64,000 nucleotides of DNA from Candidatus Krumholzibacteriia bacterium (GCA_963836185.1 CAWIIQ010000001.1:1-64000), one strand, 5' to 3'; shown: positions 10,883 through 22,488, counted from the first letter of the stretch. Notes: a model not told the origin generated them from the sequence alone. Program-made: numbers and translations.

Positions 10883-13800
10883 ATGCAGCGCGGGGACAGC
10901 AGCAGTTCGTTCATCAGGAAGGTCGCGGGGCTGAGCTCCAGGCGCAGCCGTACGGCCGCCGCCGGCGTTGCCGTCACACTTCTCCTCCCCGTGATAGCCG
11001 TGTGGATCGTTCTCTATCTTATGGCGCTCATCGCGAGCGGCGGTCAGTACTTTCCTGTCGTCGCCTTCACTGTATTCTGGCTGGTCGCTGCTATCGCAGT
11101 GGTCGCGGCCGCTGTGCGGGTCGCTGCCGCCTCCGGCGGGGTGATGAGGACCGCCGCCGAGCTCGGCAGGAGCTCGGGCAGGGGGAGCCTCTTCGTGTCG
11201 GCTCTCGAGTTCGCGCGGGGAGGCGAGCGGCTCGAGGTCTATTCGAGGTTCCTCGTAGCGGAGACGGTCCGCAGGGCGGAAGAAGAGATCGAGGCTGTCG
11301 ATCCCGCGCCGCTGCTCGTGTCCGCGGGGAGGCCGGGGGCGATCGCTGTCGCCTTTCTGCTCGGGATCGTCGTCCTTCTCTTCGCGTTTCTCGATCCGGG
11401 CGGATCCCTCTCTGTCGCATCTTATCTATCCGATCCCCTCTACTCGTTTCGCTCAGAGCCGGTGAACGGGCTCACCGTGCCGGGTCGTGAGATCGCCGCC
11501 GTTTCGGGGGAGGATGTGACTGTCTCGGCGGTAAGGCTCGGTTCGAGGCGGGACGCGGTCGAGATCGAGTGGAGCACGGTCCCCGATATCTGGCGCTCCG
11601 AAGGTATCGAGGCGGGGAGCGTCGGGACAGGGGAGGCGGAGCTCGAAAGTTTTACCTATACATTCACAGATCTTCGCGAGGATGTCGTCTTCAGGTTCGC
11701 CAGCGGGGACGAGACGAGCGCCGAGACGCGGATCGTCGTCGAGAGGCGGCCGGTCATCAACAGGATCTCGGCTGTCCTCGATCATCCATCATATACCGGT
11801 CTGCCTGCCGACACGATCGGGACATTGACAGGGAGGATAACGGCCCCTGTCGGGACAAGGGTGACATTGGCGGGCGAGACGAGCAGGCCCGTCACCTCCG
11901 GGGAGATCAGGCTGGCATCGGGCAGGCTCCTCGAACTCGTTCCTTCCGGGACCGGCTTTTCCGGAAGCTTTACGGTAAGCGCCAGGGATACGGCATATAT
12001 ATCCGTGACCGGGGACAACGGCCTCGACTGCGAGGTGCCGTCGAGAGTGCCGGTCGTTCCTGTCGCCGACAGGCCGCCTGTGATCGAGATACTGGCGCCC
12101 GGCGACGGCGACCTTCTGCCCCGCTCGCAGAGGATCAAGCTCGTGCTGCGGGCCTCCGACGACTACGGGCTCTCGAAGATAGACCTCTACTACGTGCTCG
12201 AGAGGAGGGGCGGGAACTGGAAATCGGTCGAGCTCTTCCCCGACGGGCAGCCCGGTGCGGGCAGGATCGAGGGGCCGTTCGACTGGTCGCTCGAGGACGA
12301 GACGGATAATGCCGGGCGACAGGGTCGTCTTCTATCTCGAGGCGAAGGACAACAACGGCGTCTCGGGGCCGTCGGTGACCCGCACCGAGAACCGCACGCT
12401 CAGGGCCCCGTCTCTCTCGGAACTGTATGCCGACGGGCGGGAGCGCGAAGACGCGCAGAAACAGAACATGGACGATATCCTCGAGGAGGGGCGCGAGATA
12501 AAGGAGCGGATCTCCGAGCTCTCCGAAGAGATACGGGCCGAGGGCGAAATGGACTGGAGCCGCCGCAGCGAGGCGGGCGACCTGCTCGAGCAGCAGAAGC
12601 AGCTGCAGGAGAAGCTCAACGAGGCGGCGGGCCGACTAGACGAGACGCTCGAGTCGCTTGAGGCGAACAGGATGACATCGGCCGAGGTCGGCGAGAAGCT
12701 CGAGCAGATCCAGTCGCTTATAAAGAAGATAGAGAGCGAGGAGCTGCGCGACGCGATGGAGAAGCTCCGCTCGATGATGGAGGAAGCCGATCCCGATCAG
12801 GTCGCGGCGGCGATGCAGGATATAGAGATGACGACCGAGAGGCTGATGGAGAGCCTCGACCGCACCATCGAACTGCTCGAGAGGCTGCTCGACGAGCAGA
12901 AGGTCGAGGAGATGATGAGGCGGATGGAGGAGATGCTCGCCGAGCAGCGCGAGCTTCGCGACTCCACTCTCGCCGGGGGGGACGAGGAGACGGCCGACGA
13001 CCAGGAGGAGCTCGGTGACGAGTACAGCGAGTTCGAAAAGGATCTCGGGGAGTTCTCCGAGCAGTCGGAAGAGTCGCGCACGCCAGGCATGGATGAGATG
13101 GCGGAGCAGGCCGCCTCTTCCGGGGTCGATTCGCTGATGAAGAAGGCGGCCGGTGATATACGCGAGGGTGAGATAGAGGGGGCGTCGAGCTGCCAGTCCA
13201 GCGCGCTCGAGAAGATGCTCTCTCTCTACACGAAGCTCGGAAAATGCCAGATGTCGATGCAGATGGAGATGGACGAGCAGGTAAAAGAGGAGATAGAGCG
13301 CGCCATCGTCGAGCTTATCGAGACCTCGAAGCTCCAGGAGAAGTACGCCGCCTCGCTCGCGTCGTCGGGCGGGCGCCTGCCGGTGAGCGAGATGCTCGGC
13401 GAGCAGCACGAGATAAGGGACGCGGTCAAGACGATCACGGACGAACTGTACGTCATCGCGAGGAAGACACTGAGGATATCGCAGGAGGCATTCGCCGAGC
13501 TCGGCGTCGCCATCGCCGCGATGGAGCAGACGATGACGGATATAGAGTCGAGAAAGACGAATGACGCGGCGCGCAGCGCCGCGATCGCGCCGGAGAGGAT
13601 CAACCTCGCCGCGATCAGGCTCCTCGAAGCGGCCGCGTCGAGCGGCTCGGCCTCCAGCGGCGGAGGAAAGGGGATGCAGCAGCTCTCGGGCGGCCAGAGC
13701 AAGATCGACGACAAGATGCGCGATATGCTCGGTGGCCAGGGGGGCAGCTGGTCGATGGAGCAGCGCGCATCGATGCAGCGGATCGCAGCCGAGCAGCGGA

Positions 13801-14200
13801 GCATGGACGAGCTTCTCCGTCAGATCCTCGAGGAGGGAGGCGGGGAGCAGCAGATGCTCGGCGACCTCGGCGACATCGGCGGGGATATGGAGGAGATCGC
13901 CCGGCAGCTCGAGCGCGGCGAGCTCGACAGCGAGCTTCTCGAGCGCGAGGAGCGCGTGCTGAGCAGGCTCCTCGAATCCCAGCGCTCCCTTAACCGCCGC
14001 GATTACAGCCGCAGGCGGGAGAGCCGCACGGGCGATGACATCCGCGCGGTCGATCCCGGGACGCGTGTATATACGCCGGACGAGAGGAACGTGCTCCTCG
14101 AACGTATCCGGCGCGCGATGAGGGACGCCGGGCCGGCCGAGTACGAGGAGCTAAACAGGCTCTACTTCAGGGCGCTGTCGGGGAAAGCGAGGGATGACGC
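10883..14200 (+). CDS. DUF4175-family membrane-anchored Ig-like plus long coiled-coil protein (frameshift near 12300)
   Basis: N-terminal TMs, Ig-like region with ASDDYGL and YLEAKDNN, E/Q-rich coiled coil, end motif EYEELNRLYFRAL. Confidence 0.75.
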
Positions 14201-14201
14201 G

Positions 14202-16069
14202 ATGAGCAGGATCACCGCGGCCCTCCTTCTCTTCTCGCTGGCGCTTTCCGTCCCATGCGCGGCGGGGGCGCAGGATGGATCTCTCGGCGGCGAGGCGAGA
14301 AAACTGCGGGCTTCGGCGATAGAGGCTATGACAGGCGGGGATTACCCCGCGGCGATCGCCCTGTTCAATGAGTTCAACGAGAAATATCCGGGCCGGTTCG
14401 AGGAGAACTATTACCTCGGAAAATGCTATATGGCCGCGGGGATGTTCGAAGATGCCGCCCTCTTTCTCGAGGGCGCCCGCGTGAAGTTCCCCGGCGATTA
14501 CCAGTTCGTCGACATGCTCGGCCAGGCGTACGTAGAGATGGGCGAGCAGGAAAAGGCCGTCGAGGCCTGGCACTCGGTGCTGACCGACAAGGAAAAGGAT
14601 GCATCAAGATATCTGCAGGTCTCGCGCGCCGAGTGGAACGCGGGGATGTTCGATCAGGCGATAGAGACTCTGAAGGAAGGGCGCAGGTTCAAGGCGCATT
14701 TCTCGAGGTTCACGGCCGAGATCGTGAGGATGGAGAAGACGAGGGGTAACTACCGCGGGGCGTTCATCGAGGCTCTGCCCGGGTTCGAGGTCGAGGTGAC
14801 GCCCGACACTCGGACGTCGCTTCCGCGGCGATAAGGGCGTTCAGGGACGCAGGGAGCCCCCCCGACCTGATAGCCGTCGTCGATTCGTTCGCGACGCGGG
14901 GGAAGGGGAACGCGGTCTTCTTCGCGACGCTGCACGCCGCCCTGCTCGTCGATGTCGACGACTATCGCGGGGCGTCGCTGTACCTCCTGCCGGGAAGTGA
15001 GGGAGAGTCGTCCGAGAGGGCCCTCTACTCCTTCGTGCTCTATCTCTATTCTCTCGGCGCGAAGGCTGGAGATCCTGCCTTCGAGGAATATCTCGAGAGG
15101 GCATCCACGTTATTTATCCGAAAGTACGACGAGTCGCCGAGGGCGCCGAGGGTACTGCTCGAGGGGGCGCAGCATGCCGCGCTCGCAGCGGGACGCGGCA
15201 ACGCGGATCAGCGGGATCAGGCGCTCCGGGCAATATCGATGGCGGACAGCACGATATCTCACAAGCGCGGGAGGGCCTACGCCGAGAAGGCTTCCCTGCT
15301 CAAGGCGAAGGTCTATCTCGAGTACCTGCGCGATCCCGAGGCGGCGCTGCGGACCGTCGACAGCTCGCAGTGGCGCCATCCGAACCTTGCGCGCGAGGCT
15401 CAGGCGATACGCCTCGAGGCCCTCATGCTGTCGGGGCGGTGGGACGACGCGTTCAGAAGGTTCGACGCTCTCGCCGCATCAGCCGATTCGTCGCTTTCCG
15501 CATCGGGAAAATACGGAAAAGGCATGGTGCTCTTCTACCGGGGCGAGTTCGACAAATCTGCCAGCATGCTTGCCGAGGTAGCCGAGGAGGCTCCGTGGAG
15601 CGCGTGGGCGAACGACGCGCTGGAGGTCGCCGTATTGATACGGCGCGCCGAATCTGGCGATCCGGCGGTCCTCGCCTCGTTCGCGTCGGCCATGACCGCC
15701 GGCGGAAGCGGCAGGTACGGCGAGGCGGCCGATTCACTGGCAGGCGTAGCGGGGAGATTTCCCGACGCTCCGCTGGCGCCGGAGGCGTTCTACGAGAGCG
15801 CGCTGCTGCTCGAGCAGGCGGGCAGGCATGACGAGGCTGCCTCGATGCTCGAGATGATCGCCGGGACATACCCGCTGAGCAGGGCGGCGCCCCGTGCCGT
15901 CGAGACGCTCGCCGGGCTTCTCGAGGACACCGACCCGGCGGCGTCGGCGCGTTGGTACGCACTCTTTTTCGAGCGCTACGGGGAGGATCCCTGGGCGACG
16001 AGGGTGCGGAGCAGATATATGAAGCTCAGGAAAGAGATGGGCGAATCGCCGGAGGTGGACGAGACATGA
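14202..16069 (+). CDS. Exported TPR-repeat protein (frameshifts near 14810 and 14990)
   Basis: Signal peptide MSRITAALLLFSLALS; many TPR helices; WANDALE and FPDAPLAPEAFY motifs. Confidence 0.75.
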
Positions 16070-17329
16070 GAACGACAAGGATCCTCCTGGCGCTCGCGGT
16101 CATCCTCGCAGTGACGACTGTGGATGTCTCCGCCGATTTTCTCGTCCCTATGGACCTGTCGCAGTCGAATCACCTCAAGGCGTACGGGCTCGCCTGGTAC
16201 GTGCTCGCGCGCGGCGGGAATGTCCGGTGGCTCCTCAACTACCGCGGCGGCTCGTTCCTCGTCCCCGAGACGGCCGGCCTGACCCTCGAGGCGCAGGCGC
16301 GCGGCGTGAGGATGGAGCGCGTCGGCGGATCCGATATCGCGGAGATCCTGCGGGAGATCGACAGCTCCAACATGGAGGTCGTCCTCCTCGAGAAGGCGCC
16401 CGAGATAGCGATCTACGCCCCGCCGAACAAGCAGCCGTGGGACGATGCCGTGATGATGGCGCTCGAGTATGCCGGCATCCCGTACAAGACGGTCTACGAC
16501 CGCGAGGTCCTCGCCGGGACGCTGCAGCTCTACGACTGGCTCCACCTCCACCACGAGGATTTCACCGGCCAGTACGGCAAGTTCTACCGCGGCTACCACA
16601 CGGCCGAATGGTATATCAGGCAGCAGATCCTCTTCGAGGAGATCGCCGAGGCGCTCGGGTACGAGAAGGTCTCGGAGGAGAAGAAGGCGGTCGCGGAGAT
16701 GATCCGCGAGTATGTGCCGCGGCGGGGGCTTCCTCTTCGCGATGTGCTCCGCATGCGATTCGTTCGACCTCGCGCTCGCGGCGCACGGGATCGACATCGC
16801 GCCGAGGCAGTTCGACCATGACGGGACGACGCCCGGATGCCAGGAGAAGCTCGACTACTCGAGGTGCATGGCCTTCGAGGGCTTCAAGCTCGAGATGAAC
16901 CCGATGGTATATGAATTCTCCGATATCGACATGACGATGGCCGCGGCGGCCAGAGGAGAGGGGAACGACTGGTTCACCCTCTTCGAGTTCTCCGCCAAGC
17001 ACGACCCCGTGCCGACGATGCTCGTTCAGAACCACGTATCGGTCATAGAGGGGTTCATGGGGCAGACGACCTCGTTCAGGAAGAGCCTGCTGAAGAAGAA
17101 GGTGCTCGTGATGGGCGAGGTGAAGGGGGCGGGCGAGGCCCGCTACGTACACGGCAACTTCGGCAAGGGGACATTCACCTTCTTCGGGGGCCACGACCCC
17201 GAGGATTACCAGCATTTCGTCGGCGACCCGCCGACCGACCTCGACCTCTACCCGAATTCGCCGGGATACAGGCTTATCCTCAACAACATCCTCTTCCCGG
17301 CGGCGAGAAAGAAGGAGCAGAAGACCTGA
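16066..17329 (+). CDS. Conserved FCB-group exported protein (family often mislabelled asparagine synthetase B); frameshift near 16715
   Basis: ATGA overlap; NHLKAYG, WLLNYRGGSF, QPWDDAV, WLHLHHEDFTGQYGKF, GGHDPEDYQH, GYRLILNNILFPAA. Confidence 0.75.
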
Positions 17330-17332
17330 TGG

Positions 17333-18415
17333 ATGCATTACATCTCTGAAGGCGCCAGGGCGTCAGAAGCCGAAGCGATCTATGCGCTGATCGTCAGGTG
17401 CCGCGACGCGATGGCGGGATCAGGGATGGAGCAGTGGCCCGATTTCTACCCCGACCTCGATATCGTCCGGGATGATATCGAGCGCGGGGCCATGCAGGTT
17501 TATCGTGAAGACGGGAAGGTGCTGGCCGCCATGACGGTCGATACGGCCCAGCCCGAGCAGTACTCGGAGATCGAATGGCGGTGCGGCGACTCGTTTCTCT
17601 GTGTGCATCGCCTCGCTGTGGACCCGTCCCGGCAGAGGGAGGGGATCGCGGAAAAGATGATGGCTTCTGTCGAGATCCTTGCGTGTTACGCGAGGCTTTA
17701 CAGCATCAGACTCGACACATACAGCCTCAATACGGCGGCGAACAGGTTTTATGAAAAACTCGGTTACGAGAAAAGGGGGACGATCCACTTGCCCAAGAAA
17801 CCGGAAGAGTACAACTGCTACGAAAGGCCCCTCTCGTACGAGGCTCTCTATACGCTCGTGGCGAGGAGCAGAAGTGTGAGGCGGTTCAAGGATGAGCTGC
17901 CGGATGATTGCGGCTGGCTCAGATCGCTCGTAAAGCTGGCGAGGCTCTCGCCCTCCGGCGCGAACAGGCAGCCGCTGAGATTTCTCCTTTCGGATGAAGA
18001 TGAGCGAAACGCCCTGATATTTCCCCATCTCAAGTGGGCCGGCTATATCAAGGACTGGGACGGGCCGCAGGAGGGAGAGAGGCCGGTCGGCTATATCGTC
18101 ATACTCGGCGATACCGAGGTCTCGAAGACGTTCGGGGTCGACCACGGCATCGCAGCGCAGAGCATCATGCTCGGGGCGGCAGCGAAATATCTCGGGGGAT
18201 GCATAATCGGATCGATCGACCGCAAAGGGCTCGCGGCTGCTCTCGGCCTCTCCGACCGCTACGAGATACTCCTCGTCCTGGCGCTGGGCTATTCCGCCGA
18301 GGAGGTCGCCGTCGAGCATGTTACCGATGAGACGGGGATCAAATATTGGCGGTCAGCCGATGGGGTCCATCATGTGCCGAAACGTTCTCCGGACGATCTG
18401 ATCATCGAGCCGTAA
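17333..18415 (+). CDS. GNAT acetyltransferase - nitroreductase fusion
   Basis: GNAT motifs HRLAVDPSRQREGIA and NTAANRFYEKLGY; nitroreductase motifs RSRSVRRF, SPSGANRQP, DHGIAAQSI, HHVPKR. Confidence 0.8.
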   Translation: MHYISEGARASEAEAIYALIVRCRDAMAGSGMEQWPDFYPDLDIVRDDIERGAMQVYREDGKVLAAMTVDTAQPEQYSEIEWRCGDSFLCVHRLAVDPSRQREGIAEKMMASVEILACYARLYSIRLDTYSLNTAANRFYEKLGYEKRGTIHLPKKPEEYNCYERPLSYEALYTLVARSRSVRRFKDELPDDCGWLRSLVKLARLSPSGANRQPLRFLLSDEDERNALIFPHLKWAGYIKDWDGPQEGERPVGYIVILGDTEVSKTFGVDHGIAAQSIMLGAAAKYLGGCIIGSIDRKGLAAALGLSDRYEILLVLALGYSAEEVAVEHVTDETGIKYWRSADGVHHVPKRSPDDLIIEP

Positions 18416-18417
18416 GA

Positions 18418-18882
18418 TTATTTAACGAGCTTGACGACCGCCTCGACCTGGCGCTCCATCGCCTCGAAGTGCGAGCCTTTCCAGAATACGCGCCCGCATC
18501 CGGCGCACTCGTGAAACTCCTTGAAATCGTGCAATATTCGTGGCGGGACATGTCCCGAGGCTTCCTCCGGGGAGATCTCCCGGAGGGGGGCGTTGCATTC
18601 GAGGCAGATCGTGAAGGGAGCGAAGTCCGGGACCTCTCCGATCGCGGCGAAGAGCTCGGCTATCATCTCGGCCGCCCCCGAGCGGCGCAGTATCACGGGC
18701 GGCGGGCCGCACCGGTCGACGCTCCGGGTGGCGGTCGTAACGGCCGTCCGTCCGGCATTTTCCGCGTCGGTGAGGAGGAGGTGGCTGCTTCCTGAGCCCG
18801 AGAGCTCGCAGTCAAGCCCGAGCATCCGCATCTTCCTGCAGAGCCGGCCGAGCATCCCGTCGAGCAGAAACCGGTGTTCCAT
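18418..18882 (-). CDS. Mut7-C (DUF82) PIN-like RNase domain protein with Zn ribbon
   Basis: FLLDGMLGRLCRKMRMLGLD; CxxCN...CxxCGRVFWKGSH. Confidence 0.85.
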   Translation of the reverse strand: MEHRFLLDGMLGRLCRKMRMLGLDCELSGSGSSHLLLTDAENAGRTAVTTATRSVDRCGPPPVILRRSGAAEMIAELFAAIGEVPDFAPFTICLECNAPLREISPEEASGHVPPRILHDFKEFHECAGCGRVFWKGSHFEAMERQVEAVVKLVK

Positions 18883-19041
18883 AGTGGACTTGCCTCAAAG
18901 GGGGGGCGTAAAGCGGTTCATTTTTCCTTGACAGCCTATCAGAAACTCATAAAGATATGTAACCACAAAGGTAGGGATGTCGTGTTTCGGTGGTGATCAA
19001 CGCGGAGATGGAGGTGAGAGTCCGGTGTGAGGGGATGCCGG

Positions 19042-19242
19042 ATGGGGAACATGCCTGAAGATTTTACAGGATGTCTAAAGTGCAAGAAGGGCGTTCTTCT
19101 GCCCCTTTCTGATTATGGAAGGGACGGTGCGCCGATCCGCTACAAGGCCTGGGTCTGCAACAATACGGAATGCGGATTCAATATCAGGATAGACAACGGA
19201 GAGATCAGCTACGGGAAAGATATGGGCTTTTCGAACAAGTGA
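19042..19242 (+). CDS. Small Zn-ribbon-like hypothetical protein
   Basis: CLKC...CNNTEC; TTGACA at 18928 upstream; terminator downstream. Confidence 0.75.
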   Translation: MGNMPEDFTGCLKCKKGVLLPLSDYGRDGAPIRYKAWVCNNTECGFNIRIDNGEISYGKDMGFSNK

Positions 19243-19268
19243 GCCTGATATATCAGGTTAGTGACTAC

Positions 19269-19301
19269 AGAGGGGGGACACGATGTCCTCCCTCTATTTT
19301 T
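19269..19301 (+). terminator. Intrinsic terminator
   Basis: AGAGGGGGGACA-CGA-TGTCCTCCCTCT followed by ATTTTT, between convergent genes. Confidence 0.75.
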
Positions 19302-20130
19302 ATGCCCTTGGCGCGGTGTGTCTCGTGAAAATGACAAGCGCGGCGAGCAGGACGATCACCGAGGCGATGAGCCAGCCGGGGTCGGGCGGTGACCAGTCGA
19401 AATCGCTTATCGTCTCCTCGCTTATGCCGTTGAGCCTGTACAGCGAGAAGAGGTTGAAGACCGCGTGAATGATGAAGGCGTATGTGAGCACCCCCGTCCT
19501 GTAAAAGACGAAACCGAGGATGATCCCGAGCAGCGTCACGCCGGGTACGAGGTATAGCACGCTGTGGGAGAGGGCAAATACGAGGGCCGAGATGATTATC
19601 GCCGCTGCCGCCGTCATGTTCCTGTGGAAGATGCTCTGGACCGTTCCCCGGAAGAGGAGCTCCTCGCCGAGGGGCCCTATCAGGCCGAGCCCGAGGGCCA
19701 TCCCGGCGAAATGCCACGCCCCTTTGGGCTTGAACGCGAGCAGGATGTTGATATAATCGGGGTCCACCGGCCTGCCCCGCCTGAACAGGTAGGACAGGGA
19801 ATCGACGGGGTAGATAGCGGCCGCCGCGATAAGGATCACGAGGGCGGTGGTCACGGCGTCGGGGAGGCGCAGCCTGAACTCGGAGAAAAAGCTCAGGTTG
19901 TACCGTCTTGTGATGATCATCAGGGGAAGGATATAACCGAATATCCCGGGCAGGATCACCGAGAGGACGACATTCCCGTTGAGATAGAGGATTCCCACGA
20001 GGGACGATGCCATCATAAAGCAGGCGAAGGCATATATCAGCAGGAACCAGTTGTTCATCCTGCCGAAAAGCCCCGGCTCTACGCCCGGCTCTTCCCCGTC
20101 AGGGCCGAATTCTTCGTTCTTCTCATCCAC
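19300..20130 (-). CDS. CPBP/Abi (CAAX-type) intramembrane metalloprotease
   Basis: EELLFRG, FALSH, IHAVFN motifs; multiple TMs. Confidence 0.9.
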   Translation of the reverse strand: MDEKNEEFGPDGEEPGVEPGLFGRMNNWFLLIYAFACFMMASSLVGILYLNGNVVLSVILPGIFGYILPLMIITRRYNLSFFSEFRLRLPDAVTTALVILIAAAAIYPVDSLSYLFRRGRPVDPDYINILLAFKPKGAWHFAGMALGLGLIGPLGEELLFRGTVQSIFHRNMTAAAAIIISALVFALSHSVLYLVPGVTLLGIILGFVFYRTGVLTYAFIIHAVFNLFSLYRLNGISEETISDFDWSPPDPGWLIASVIVLLAALVIFTRHTAPRA

Positions 20131-20181
20131 GGGGACTGACTATATAGCCGGCCGTTCACGCCGGCAAGCGGAAAGGGCGCT

Positions 20182-20877
20182 ATGATAAAGCTCATCATCT
20201 TCGACCTGGACAACACACTGACAGACTTCATGAGGATGAAGGATGAATCGATAGTCGCCGCGATAAGGTCGATGATCGACGCGGGCCTCGATTTTCCCGA
20301 GGAAAAGATAAACGATGAGATCTACAGGATCTACGACGAGGAGGGGATCGAGTACCAGAAGGTCTTCGACAAGCTGCTCGTCACATTGATAGGCCATGTC
20401 GACTACCGTATCCTCGCCGCGGGGATCGTCGGGTACAGGAAGGCGCGGGAGGCCGCGCTGGTCCTCTACCCGCACGTCAACCGCACACTGCTCACCCTGC
20501 TCAAGAAGGGGCTGCGGCTCGCCGTGATCTCGGACGCCCCGAGGCAGGAGGCCTGGATGCGGCTCTGCTACCTCGGGCTCCATCATATGTTCGATACGGT
20601 CATTGCCTTCGAGGACACGGGAGAGCGCAAGCCGAGCCCCGTGCCTTTCCGCCTCGCCCTCGAGCGGATCGGCATCGAGCCGACCGAAGCGCTGATGATC
20701 GGGGACTGGCCCGAGAGGGATATCGCGGGGGCATCCGAGCTCGGGATACACACCGTCTTCGCCAGGTATGGAGATACCTTCGGTACGGGGGAATCGGGAG
20801 CGGATTACGAGATCGACGACATATTCAAACTCGTCGGCATCGTCGACGAGCTAAACGGGGAAAAGCAGGAGGGGTGA
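20182..20877 (+). CDS. HAD-superfamily hydrolase (subfamily IA)
   Basis: FDLDNTL, RKPSP, IGDWPERDI. Confidence 0.9.
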   Translation: MIKLIIFDLDNTLTDFMRMKDESIVAAIRSMIDAGLDFPEEKINDEIYRIYDEEGIEYQKVFDKLLVTLIGHVDYRILAAGIVGYRKAREAALVLYPHVNRTLLTLLKKGLRLAVISDAPRQEAWMRLCYLGLHHMFDTVIAFEDTGERKPSPVPFRLALERIGIEPTEALMIGDWPERDIAGASELGIHTVFARYGDTFGTGESGADYEIDDIFKLVGIVDELNGEKQEG

Positions 20878-20881
20878 CACG

Positions 20882-22453
20882 ATGCATGTCGTAACCAATG
20901 AACAGATGCGGCTGCTGGACGAGGAGACGATCAAGAGGTTCGTGCCGGGGCTCACGCTTATGGAGAGGGCCGGCCAGGGGATAGCCGACGCGGTCATCGA
21001 GCTGGCCGGGGACACGGAGGACCTGTGCGTCTCGATCTTCCTCGGGCGCGGCAACAACGCCGGCGACGGTCTCGTCGTCGCGAGGCTGCTCGCCGAGGCG
21101 GGGGCCAGGTGCTCCCTGTTCTGCCTTCACGCCCCGAAGGAATTATCTCCCGACGCCTTCAAGAACTACTCGAAGCTCTCGAGGTACCGCAAGTCGGGCG
21201 CTATCGAGGAGGCCTCCCTCTACCTCGAGGGGTGGGAGGACAAGGTGATCAAGGGTCTGGGCGAATGCGACCTGATCCTCGACGCCCTTCTCGGGACCGG
21301 GATCAACAGCCCGGTAAGGGATAATTACGCGGATATCATCGGCCTGATCAACCATGCGGGCCTTCCCGTCATGTCTGTCGATATCCCGTCGGGTGTCAAC
21401 GGGACGACGGGAGAGGTGATGGGGACGGCAGTGATGGCCGACATCACCGTGACGATGGCGATGCCCAAGACCGGTTCGGTCTTCTACCCCGGCAAGGCGT
21501 TTACCGGATCGCTCGAGGTGGTCGATATCGGCATACCGGACGAGGTGATCGAGGCTGCCGGGCTCGATACGTGGGTCCTCGACGACATGGCCGTGCTGGC
21601 CGACCTGCCCCATCATTCCCCTGAGGCGCACAAGTTCGAGAGAGGGGCCCTGCTCGTCGTGGCGGGGAGCAGGAGATACGCCGGAGCCGCCTGCCTGTCG
21701 GCGATATCGGCCCTTCGGACGGGATGCGGGATCGTCTATCTCGCCGGCCCCGAGTCTATCCGCACCGTCGTGCAGTCCTCGTACCCCGAGATCATATTCA
21801 TAGCCCTGCCGGAGACCGAAGAGGGTGCGATCGCCGCTTCAGGGCTGGACTTCCTTTTAGACGAGGTGAGATTCGACGCGGCCGCGATCGGGCCGGGCCT
21901 GACAACGGAGAAGGAGACGGAGGTCTTCGTGCGCGGGTTCGTCTCGCGCTGCGAAGAGCCGCTGCTGATAGACGCGGACGGGATAAACGCTTACGAGGGC
22001 CATTACGAGGAGCTCAAGACGCTGTCAAAAACGAAAAAGATCGTACTCTCGCCACATTCGGGAGAGCTGAAGAGACTTACGGGGATAGACGTTCCCTCCG
22101 CTCCGGAGGAGAGGTGCGGCGCGCTGAGAAAGCTCGTCGTCGGGACGGAGATAACGCTCGTACACAAGGGGGCCCCGACCCTGATCGCGCATGCCGGCGG
22201 GCGGATCGACGTAAACGTCCACGGGCATCCGGGGCTCGCGACGGCCGGGAGCGGCGACGTCCTCACCGGTGCGATCGCCGGGATGCTCGCCCAGGGGGCG
22301 GAGCCCGGCGAGGCGGCGCGCGCCGGCGTCTACATACATTCGAGGGCGGCCGAGATCGCCGCCGAGCTGACAGGTGAGCGCGGGATGACCGCAGGCGACT
22401 GCGCCGATTCCCTGCCCACGGCGTCGAGGGAGCTCGAGGAGCTTATGCCTTAG
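20882..22453 (+). CDS. nnr: Bifunctional NAD(P)HX epimerase/dehydratase (YjeF)
   Basis: LMERAG, GRGNNAGDG, VDIPSG, IGPGL, IDADG, SPHSGE, ATAGSGDVL. Confidence 0.92.
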   Translation: MHVVTNEQMRLLDEETIKRFVPGLTLMERAGQGIADAVIELAGDTEDLCVSIFLGRGNNAGDGLVVARLLAEAGARCSLFCLHAPKELSPDAFKNYSKLSRYRKSGAIEEASLYLEGWEDKVIKGLGECDLILDALLGTGINSPVRDNYADIIGLINHAGLPVMSVDIPSGVNGTTGEVMGTAVMADITVTMAMPKTGSVFYPGKAFTGSLEVVDIGIPDEVIEAAGLDTWVLDDMAVLADLPHHSPEAHKFERGALLVVAGSRRYAGAACLSAISALRTGCGIVYLAGPESIRTVVQSSYPEIIFIALPETEEGAIAASGLDFLLDEVRFDAAAIGPGLTTEKETEVFVRGFVSRCEEPLLIDADGINAYEGHYEELKTLSKTKKIVLSPHSGELKRLTGIDVPSAPEERCGALRKLVVGTEITLVHKGAPTLIAHAGGRIDVNVHGHPGLATAGSGDVLTGAIAGMLAQGAEPGEAARAGVYIHSRAAEIAAELTGERGMTAGDCADSLPTASRELEELMP

Positions 22454-22488
22454 GTCCCATGGGGGCCTGGCCCGAAGGAGGGGTGAAC

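Noticed and set aside
12255-14834. Apparent DUF4175-TPR fusion
   Set aside because: An internal signal peptide starts at ATG 14202 just after GGGATGA; one missing G restores the stop
17329-17349. ATG GAT GCA TTA CAT CTC TGA as a possible selenocysteine read-through
   Set aside because: Read-through would not enter the GNAT frame and there is no redox motif; more likely an indel near the start. No convincing in-frame Sec codon was seen in the window
18418-20130. Mut7-C RNase plus Abi/CAAX protease as an anti-phage system
   Set aside because: Both families are common in housekeeping contexts, the genes are separated by an oppositely oriented gene, and no defence-island markers are nearby
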